Assembly: GCA_048939015.1 (NCBI GenBank)
Contig: JBHLPW010000082.1
Location: 1 to 17,579 of the forward strand
Direction of reading: 5' to 3'
DNA length: 17,579 bases
Origin: Promethearchaeota archaeon
Lineage (GTDB): Archaea; Asgardarchaeota; Lokiarchaeia; Sigyniarchaeales; SOKP01
Below, piece by piece: positions 8,601 to 14,762 of this stretch. The position numbers and the translations under genes are program-made. Position 1 is the first letter of the stretch, and each line of letters starts with the position of its first letter. The notes under the pieces were generated by a model that did not search any database, was not told where the DNA came from, and saw only the letters and a list, made by a program, of their open reading frames with translations.

Positions 8601-9128
8601 ATAGAAATGGATGTTACATCCGCAATTAAAACAGAAAAGAAAATGGAAAAAACTTATTATGACAAACTTAGTGGTTTGCTTGAAAATCTGCAAAAGAGAG
8701 TTAATCAAAAATTTCAAGACTCTCAAGTAAAATCCTATTGTAATTTAGAGTTGACTGGAAATTTTGAAGATTTAGGGGTTAATATTAAAGCTGCTACCTC
8801 AAAGGAACAATTAAAGATATTCACTGCACTAAGTGGCGGGCAAATTTCTTTGATTTCTATTTGTTTAATATTATCTCTTCAAGAAATAAAACCTTCTCCA
8901 CTTTGTTTACTTGATGAGCCAGGTATGTTTCTAGATGAGAAGAACTCTGAAGTCGCATATCAACTAATCAAGGCAACATTGGAACAAAATCCAATTCAAT
9001 TATTAATGTTTTTACCAAAATCTTCAAACTCATTATTTTTACTCGCTGAAAAGTTAATTGGAATTGCCAGAGTTGGAAAAAATGAAATTTCTTCTGTATT
9101 TAAACCAAAAATAGTTAAAAAAAAATGA
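5667..9128 (+). CDS. smc: SMC-family ATPase, Smc5/6-like archaeal SMC
   Basis: N-terminal head LENFLSF...GPNWSGKTS (Walker A), Q-loop FVSQGKI, long coiled coils and a central hinge (GPLINYL...AIESVLG...VTLKGE). The C-terminal head has the LSGGQ signature, LLDE Walker B and D-loop LD. Confidence 0.93.
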   Translation: MPTKTIVNKNNINAVDNKRIFIKKVILENFLSFQKDEVDFDNSKFVIIVGPNWSGKTSIFQAIKFALGSNERDERYKKWSSFIRNGQNHAIVEIHIQIDENIIKIRRYVIRGQSPFFKIKNLHDKEFKKASVQEIQKLISDLNINPDNQFAFVSQGKIDAIKNLKPTELCSFLEEGIGLKGLREEILQQKNDVLNLNKDLQSLKSKRNTLNISLELLNPKLERLKQKTELLNKKSKFNDEFLWANKDKLEKDIVKIEETVKNVKLFIENIRKKKELSDREVELLLNKISKKEQYINKLSEKLGEFTYKRQELFSIIQNWQKDKILAKQKLDELSIKINEYSKILENFKKQKESLDNEINTIRRESKIIGLEIDKLITEQNQLIKKISKNKALLENYNQLNFEKKDRIARIQENEKLIQGLNDEINQLFQSFNDIEHKLEKNKWFLEKPSKDLLIDLDKELRIATLRLYEIESEIKQLEFDKSKKIKKLKILQTSLRERRVILPPNISILKEEIERRGLKVKGPLINYLKYEDELSYAIESVLGEKLLYSFVAKDWDTLNLLKRLKEKFGAYCNIYLPKNTEIKPMIEISADGVLGYLAKLIKIIDDDNDIKKVIFSKVKNCLVVKDYHSGRNLYNSLNFKGKCVTLKGEQIISYKYVYETPYLKRLKGLLSAGTQKEQSEVLESEIEFVNNKISELKVEQAKIDTVQKDFFKKKESFNDLLYNFNQKQRITSKKNQLYDQMHELEKINQSLNDEIIDFDHQIKNLKSQTDPEFFKWNDRVEEIPKELALLNEDKKKWDLKLSENSDILKEVKDNLNKNSNEKTLIQKEYDTKKEAFQKADTTAFNTYRQLENIEEELEITKNKISELKSEILLFQNKKAEVERESIQITITFEQENIKLNSLNQDLDSKKNDLERISSEIGPLILKDIIKIRPIEDIKEDITIIDKELLKYLDVDDSILIERDQILSSLKQISKNQKNIEMDVTSAIKTEKKMEKTYYDKLSGLLENLQKRVNQKFQDSQVKSYCNLELTGNFEDLGVNIKAATSKEQLKIFTALSGGQISLISICLILSLQEIKPSPLCLLDEPGMFLDEKNSEVAYQLIKATLEQNPIQLLMFLPKSSNSLFLLAEKLIGIARVGKNEISSVFKPKIVKKK

Positions 9129-9141
9129 AATCTGATTAGAT

Positions 9142-9789
9142 ATGGAGTATCAAGATCTTTCTATAGAAATTAATAAAATAATTGAAGATATTAAAAATAA
9201 AGTTCTTTCAGGGGATATTTCTCTTTTAGATATTGAATTAGTACCTATTTTTGAGAATCTGAAAGATTCTCTTAATATCTATAATATAAATAAATATTCA
9301 AATACATACATAAATGCTTTTCAGCTTCTTAGTCAAAAATTTGAAGAATTAAAGATATTCCTTGAGTATTTAGATAATAAAGATATATTTTTAAAATACG
9401 TAAAAAAAAAACCTAATGATACAGAAATAACAGAATTGTTAGAGGATTGTTGGAAAAAACCATTTACTCTCAATACTCTTTCTTTGGAATTCCTTGAATA
9501 TTCAAAGGAAAGATTAGTTGCTAAAAAAAATGAATCACTAAAAATTGAACCTATTGATAAGATAAGTATAAAAGATAATTTTTTATTGGAAATTCATGAT
9601 AAAAAATTTACTGAACAAATGAATGCCTTTTTTGAATTAATTATAGATAAATTACCTTGTCACTATGACGAAATTTTCGATATTGAAGATGATCAGATAA
9701 AATTATTTGAATATTTTGTTTATCTTTTACACCTTCTTCAATTAGGTAAATTGAAATATCAAAAAGAAACAAATTTCTTATATATATAG
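9142..9789 (+). CDS. Kleisin subunit (ScpA/Nse4-like)
   Basis: N-terminal kleisin-like helices (DISLLDIELVPIFE...AFQLLSQKFEEL) and a C-terminal winged-helix cap-binding motif (FVYLLHLLQLGKLKYQKETNFLYI). It starts 13 nt after the smc stop. Confidence 0.75.
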   Translation: MEYQDLSIEINKIIEDIKNKVLSGDISLLDIELVPIFENLKDSLNIYNINKYSNTYINAFQLLSQKFEELKIFLEYLDNKDIFLKYVKKKPNDTEITELLEDCWKKPFTLNTLSLEFLEYSKERLVAKKNESLKIEPIDKISIKDNFLLEIHDKKFTEQMNAFFELIIDKLPCHYDEIFDIEDDQIKLFEYFVYLLHLLQLGKLKYQKETNFLYI

Positions 9790-9798
9790 ATGAGTTGA

Positions 9799-10320
9799 TT
9801 GAAATTGAATGAATTGAGTATTTTAATGAATTTATTAAGTAAGAAGGAAAATATGGCAATAATAGGATCGACTAAAAAAGAAATCCTTAATGCGTTAAAT
9901 GTTAAGGATAAAAACAAATCGATATACTTTCAGAATTTAATCATTAACGCATCTAATTATCTTGAACCTTTAGGACTTCAAATAAGATTTAACCCTCTGA
10001 ATTCTTATTGGTATATATCTTTTGATTCTGAAACAACTGAAATTATTTCAGCAAATCCATTCGAGGGAAACCCTAAGCTAGCAGCTACATTATTGTGTAC
10101 ATTAATATGTTGTATTAATAGCTCTGGAGAGACTACAATTCAAAAAATAATTGAAATTCGAAAAAAAAAAGGAGTTATTGAAGATATCAAAGAATTAAAG
10201 AAAATGGGGTTTGTATTATACGATAAGGATTTGAATAAAGTGAGTTTAACTCCATTAATTGGATATTTACTCGACTTAGAAAAATTATTTTTAAAAATTG
10301 CTTTAAAAATGAAAAATTAG
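9799..10320 (+). CDS. KITE subunit (tandem winged-helix, ScpB/Nse1/Nse3-like)
   Basis: WH-A end NASNYLEPLGLQIRF...WYI. WH-B AATLLCTLI...TTIQKIIEIRKKKGVIEDIKELKKMGFV resembles the ScpB second WH. Located directly after the kleisin gene. Confidence 0.7.
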   Translation: MKLNELSILMNLLSKKENMAIIGSTKKEILNALNVKDKNKSIYFQNLIINASNYLEPLGLQIRFNPLNSYWYISFDSETTEIISANPFEGNPKLAATLLCTLICCINSSGETTIQKIIEIRKKKGVIEDIKELKKMGFVLYDKDLNKVSLTPLIGYLLDLEKLFLKIALKMKN

Positions 10321-10355
10321 TAAGAGGAGAGTAATAATTTAGGATTTATACAAAA

Positions 10356-10991
10356 TTAATGTTTAGTAGTTATTTCTAAAATCATTTCTGCTACTTGATT
10401 ATTATAGGTTTCTACATCTTCAAATCCTTCTACAGTTTCACCACACGTTATAAAAATATCATTAATAGATATTTTTCGAGCTTTAAAGAAGTCATTGATC
10501 TTAGATTTTACCTCATTAAGTTTTTTCTCCTTATCTCCTTCAACTAAATCGATTTTATTTATACACACATATATTTTATCTGGAAAAAATCTGACATCAT
10601 TGAAAAATTCAAATTGAGGCTCAAGATCTCTATCAAGTGAAAATACAGCGATAATTTGGGTCGCAATTCTTGAAATTGTTATTATTCCCATTTTTACAAC
10701 TGCCCTTGCCCGATCACCTCCAGGTGCGAAAATAGTGTGCGCTTTATTTGAAGCGTCTTCTCTAAAAACGATTCTATTGGGGTGAATTGTTTTAGTTTCC
10801 TTCTCATTAAGGGCATCTTCCTTTTCTCCTCCTGGAACCGTAGCTTCACCAGAAAAATCTGCTTTAACGACAGAACATTTTAAACCCCCTTTTACTTTTT
10901 CGATATCTCCTTTCTTTAAATACCGAACGAATAAACGAAGAATGCTTGTTTTTCCTACGGACACATCTCCTAATAAACCGATATTAACCAA
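10356..10991 (-). CDS. Small Ras-superfamily GTPase, MglA-like / atypical
   Basis: G1 GDVSVGKTS, putative G2 Thr in KTIHPN, atypical G3 IFAPGG, G4 NKID and G5-like TCG. TTG start with upstream GGAGG. Confidence 0.85.
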   Translation of the reverse strand: MVNIGLLGDVSVGKTSILRLFVRYLKKGDIEKVKGGLKCSVVKADFSGEATVPGGEKEDALNEKETKTIHPNRIVFREDASNKAHTIFAPGGDRARAVVKMGIITISRIATQIIAVFSLDRDLEPQFEFFNDVRFFPDKIYVCINKIDLVEGDKEKKLNEVKSKINDFFKARKISINDIFITCGETVEGFEDVETYNNQVAEMILEITTKH

Positions 10992-11804
10992 CTATGCTTC
11001 TCCCTCCAGTAATTTATTTAATAATAACTCATAATCTGGTATTAAAAATTGTTCAAGTAAGGCGTTATTATGGGCTTGAATAAGTGCTATCAATATTTCT
11101 TTTACATTTTTTGCATTTTTTGAATATTTGATAAGATTCTCTGCTGTAGGGTCTCCATCAAAATCTCTAGCGTGTTCCTCAAATCCAAATTTAGAAAGAT
11201 CGGGTAATGCATTGAAAAATCCAAAAGCAGAATAACCTTGATATTGGAAAAAAATAAAAAAACGCGTTTTAATGTTCTTTATAATTTGAGAAAGATATGC
11301 TGAAGGATAAATTTCTCCTAAAGTTAGTTCTTCATCTTGTTTAATTATAAAATATGGAGATATAGGTGATACTTGTGTTCCATACATTTCTTTAGGTGGT
11401 ATAGATATAAATGGCAATTTTTCTGAAACTATTGTCCAGAGATCTTCTCTCTTTTTTTCTAACAATATATCCTTTATTTCATCATATGCAAAATAAAAAT
11501 CTGCTTGGAGTGCTAATAAAGAACTTAAATATACAGATAAAGATGCAAAGGTTGCCTCTAATACTGGTCTTCTCCCACCATTATCTTCTGATGGCTTTAC
11601 AGCACCTTTCCAGGCCCTTAATCCAGAATACGCGAATGACTTTACATCAAAAAAAGCTCCTGAAAGAAATAGAAAAGATGGTGCTTCACTTTTTTCACCT
11701 GTTAAAAAATCTAAAGATTTTTCAATTAATACACTCTCAAGTTTTTCATCATGAAATTTAGAGTGGACTTTTGGCATTTGTAGCCAAGATTTTTTCTTTG
11801 CCAT
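10992..11804 (-). CDS. Hypothetical protein, putative partner of the GTPase
   Basis: 270-aa ORF with a soluble alpha/beta-like composition; its stop codon directly abuts the GTPase start. Confidence 0.75.
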   Translation of the reverse strand: MAKKKSWLQMPKVHSKFHDEKLESVLIEKSLDFLTGEKSEAPSFLFLSGAFFDVKSFAYSGLRAWKGAVKPSEDNGGRRPVLEATFASLSVYLSSLLALQADFYFAYDEIKDILLEKKREDLWTIVSEKLPFISIPPKEMYGTQVSPISPYFIIKQDEELTLGEIYPSAYLSQIIKNIKTRFFIFFQYQGYSAFGFFNALPDLSKFGFEEHARDFDGDPTAENLIKYSKNAKNVKEILIALIQAHNNALLEQFLIPDYELLLNKLLEGEA

Positions 11805-11992
11805 TATTTTTCATTCCATATGGTAATTTGGTTAACTAAAAAAAGAATTACTGCATAATTAATTTTTCGTATTTAAATAAAACAATATAATATCTCAATA
11901 AAAGTCTTTCTAATACATTAATATTCATATAGATGTAGTTAAATAAAATATAGTGATTAAAAAATAATAGATGATGTATATAACACAATATA

Positions 11993-13513
11993 TTATCTCA
12001 AAACCTTATGATTGTTTATAATACTCCAAGTATTATTCCAATCTTCAATCATTCCGTTTATTGAAAGACCAGTCCTAAGGTTATCGGACTGTGTGCTCGT
12101 CGCCAAGTTCAAAACATCCTTCATCAATAGAGTTTTTATTACTATCTCCGAAGTTTTGAAGGAAGTTATCCCACTATGCTTGAAGCAATCGTAGATTTGT
12201 GACCACTTAAAGTAGGGACTACTTGGTTTCAAACGAGGTTTCATAAATCCCCCGACTTGTGCAAGTAACCACTTATAAATAGTAGGAATATCTTCCTTAA
12301 ATCCTAGACCTCTTCGAGCAATCACATAACTGGCTAAGATATGAGTTGATAAGTTATATGAACCTGAATATTTATATTTTCCAATAATGGATGTATAAGC
12401 TGGGTGAACCTTTCGTATAGATACACCTTTCTTTATACATTTTCTCTCAAGTAAGTTTAAAGCTTTTTTATTAAAATCATTTAGTTTTCTGTTTAATACT
12501 TTATTATAGGAAAACATTCTATCAAATGATAGATCCTCAATTACTAATCCTTTTTTCTTATTAATACAAAAATTCACCATTTTACCCATTTTATAGTGGA
12601 TATAGTTATTCCTTTGAGTCTTTCGGTAGGTGTGAAGATTATTAAATTTTATCTCCTTATAACTAAGAAATTCACCATTCTTGTCAATGTTCGTGATAGA
12701 AATAAAATTGTAATTAAAGTCAAGACCAATTGCTCCTTTATCAAAACTATATTTTATAATAGGATCAAGATTTTCATAGGAAACATGTGCAAAATGTTTT
12801 AACTCTCCTCTAATAAATCTTCTTACGATTCTAACAGAATACATTGGTGTTCTTAGGATATCATTAATCCATTTCTGTTGTTTTTTATTAACTGAACAAG
12901 GAATTGTTAACCACCTTTTTCCTTTAATTTTTGAAAAAGTATGGATTTTAATCATACCATTAGGTAAAATCTTGATATTTAGATTTTGTCCTTGCCTTTT
13001 GCCAATACAATAAAATGAGGAATCACGGTTTATCCGAAATTCATAATTTGAAATTTTTTTTTGAATTCTTTTCCGAAAAAGAGATTTCGTACCAAATACT
13101 AAAGGTTTTATCCTTAATGTCTTTAATTGATTCTGAACTGAGGATAATCTTCTATAGAGTCCATTCAATCTCCTATCTTTTTTATTTCTATTTTTAATTT
13201 TTCCAATCTTAGTGTTTATAACATCGATTTGATGAAGCAAATATTTCTTTTTTCTATCAATAGAAGTTTTTTGTGTTTCTATTTTTTCTTTAATCTCATT
13301 TATGATTGAAATGACGTAAGGATTATTATTTCCGATTTTCATAAGGGCTTGATGTATTGTAGATGAATTAAAAATTTTTTTCTTGTATATTTCCTCATAA
13401 AATTGATACTTATATCCTATTCTTTTTATTCTATTATAAATAGTAAAAATTTCATGTAATTTTGTCTGATCTTTTGGTGATGGAAATAATCTAAATTTCG
13501 CAGTCAAAATCAT
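11993..13513 (-). CDS. tnpB: IS200/IS605-superfamily TnpB-related RuvC protein (Zn-finger-less variant)
   Basis: N-terminal TAKFRLFP, RuvC-I IGLDFN, RuvC-II LVIEDLSF, VHPAYTS, and a terminal H-x3-YVIARRGLG motif. The protein is very basic. Confidence 0.85.
   Translation of the reverse strand: MILTAKFRLFPSPKDQTKLHEIFTIYNRIKRIGYKYQFYEEIYKKKIFNSSTIHQALMKIGNNNPYVISIINEIKEKIETQKTSIDRKKKYLLHQIDVINTKIGKIKNRNKKDRRLNGLYRRLSSVQNQLKTLRIKPLVFGTKSLFRKRIQKKISNYEFRINRDSSFYCIGKRQGQNLNIKILPNGMIKIHTFSKIKGKRWLTIPCSVNKKQQKWINDILRTPMYSVRIVRRFIRGELKHFAHVSYENLDPIIKYSFDKGAIGLDFNYNFISITNIDKNGEFLSYKEIKFNNLHTYRKTQRNNYIHYKMGKMVNFCINKKKGLVIEDLSFDRMFSYNKVLNRKLNDFNKKALNLLERKCIKKGVSIRKVHPAYTSIIGKYKYSGSYNLSTHILASYVIARRGLGFKEDIPTIYKWLLAQVGGFMKPRLKPSSPYFKWSQIYDCFKHSGITSFKTSEIVIKTLLMKDVLNLATSTQSDNLRTGLSINGMIEDWNNTWSIINNHKVLR
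12040..12230 (-). ncRNA. Candidate omegaRNA / right-end structure overlapping the 3' end of tnpB
   Basis: GC-richer segment with several inverted repeats (+ strand coordinates): CAGTCC 12070-12075 / GGACTG 12086-12091; AACATCCTTCA 12113-12123 / TGAAGGAAGTT 12157-12167; TTCAAT 12044-12049 / ATTGAA 12060-12065. TnpB omegaRNAs typically lie here. Confidence 0.4.
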
Positions 13514-14050
13514 AAATAATTCAGATACCTTCTAAAAATATGTTAATAATATATTATTTTATTGAAATTATATTCATTTGAATAAATTAAAATTTAAGAG
13601 AGGGCTTAGATTTTTTAATGAATGAAACTTTATTATAAATAATTGAGAAGGCGCTTTATTAATAATAAATCTAATAATTAAATACTTTGAAATTCATCTT
13701 TACTAATGGAAAATGTAGAAAAAGAAATATTTATCAAAAATTTAATTAATTGGCTAAGATTATCAAAAGAATTTGTATTCTCCCCAATACAAGAAATATT
13801 TGAACTCGGTCATTACCTAATGATAATATAAATATATTGAATAATTGGTTAAAATATATCATTAATAGTTGTAAAAATGAAGGAATTAAAATAAAAAAAC
13901 AAATAAGATTAAAGGATAATTAACATAATTTCAACTTAATCTCACTTATTTTGTTAGAGAATTATCTCAATATAATTTTATGTATATGAAATCACTCATC
14001 TTAAATTACTAATTTTAGACATTTTAAAGCTAAAACAAGGTTAAATATAG

Positions 14051-14680
14051 TTAATTATCAAATCTGACTTCTTTAGCTAATAATTCTCTCATTTTTGAGG
14101 TAATAATATCATAATCCTTTATTGATTTCAAATTTGATATGGTTATGGTTTCTATCAATCCTGAATTCTTATAATAACTATATTCTCTGCTTATATTTGG
14201 ATTTTTTTCTTTTATTTCTACCAATGCTCCTTTAATAAAAATACGGACAAAATCTTCAGAAGATTCTCTTATAGCTCGTTTTTCTGGTTCAATAATTTTA
14301 ATTTCGACCCGATTAAAATCATAAAAATTTAAAATTGCTAATAATTCTTCGTCATTATTTATACTTTTAGAAAAAATTTTTCTTTTAATATTGGTTCCTT
14401 CCACTTTCTCTTTTGGAACCTCTTCAACGAAATATTTTTCTTCATCTGGCTCGTCCACAATTTTAATTAATGATTTTGAATAAATCTCATCTGCGCTTTG
14501 GAATGATTTTCCAGTTAAGAGGGAATTTAAGTAATTTATTGCTTCTCTTAATTCAAGAATCTCCGTTTTCAACTCTTCAAGTTGTTCTTTTTTTTTATAA
14601 TAGATATCTTGAATTGTACTAAGTATATTTGATAATTTCTCAAGCTCTTTTTCATCGTCTTTAGGATCCATTGATTTCAT
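14051..14680 (-). CDS. Hypothetical protein with an N-terminal coiled coil
   Basis: 209-aa ORF with a heptad-like stretch (KKKEQLEELKTEILELREAINYLNSLL) followed by an alpha/beta region. Confidence 0.75.
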   Translation of the reverse strand: MKSMDPKDDEKELEKLSNILSTIQDIYYKKKEQLEELKTEILELREAINYLNSLLTGKSFQSADEIYSKSLIKIVDEPDEEKYFVEEVPKEKVEGTNIKRKIFSKSINNDEELLAILNFYDFNRVEIKIIEPEKRAIRESSEDFVRIFIKGALVEIKEKNPNISREYSYYKNSGLIETITISNLKSIKDYDIITSKMRELLAKEVRFDN

Positions 14681-14762
14681 ATATGATTTATTAGAACTTA
14701 AATTTATTTAAAAATTAGTGCTATAGATTAATTAAGTAATTTGTTTTTAAGGAGAATGAAAA

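Larger units (their letters stand above)
11993..13560 (-). mobile_element. Solo tnpB element (IS1341-like or remnant), ends not defined
   Basis: tnpB-like gene without an adjacent Y1 or serine tnpA ORF, flanked by long AT-rich non-coding DNA. Boundaries are approximate. Confidence 0.5.

Noticed and set aside
4994-9859. Short minus-strand ORFs at 4994, 6266, 8324 and 9641
   Set aside because: Antisense shadows within the AAA-like/SMC/kleisin genes.
4392-10320. Calling the cluster a Wadjet (jetABCD), MukBEF or Rad50/Mre11 system
   Set aside because: No JetD/TOPRIM or Mre11 nuclease is present and the gene order differs from jetABC. The SMC has a globular hinge, no CxxC zinc hook, and Smc5/6-like motifs.
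11411-13197. Short plus-strand ORFs at 11411, 12012, 12596 and 13015
   Set aside because: Antisense to the longer 270-aa and tnpB genes, with no motifs.
11805-14050. CRISPR array or type V CRISPR-Cas locus next to the TnpB/Cas12-like gene
   Set aside because: No regularly spaced direct repeats or cas genes are visible on either side.
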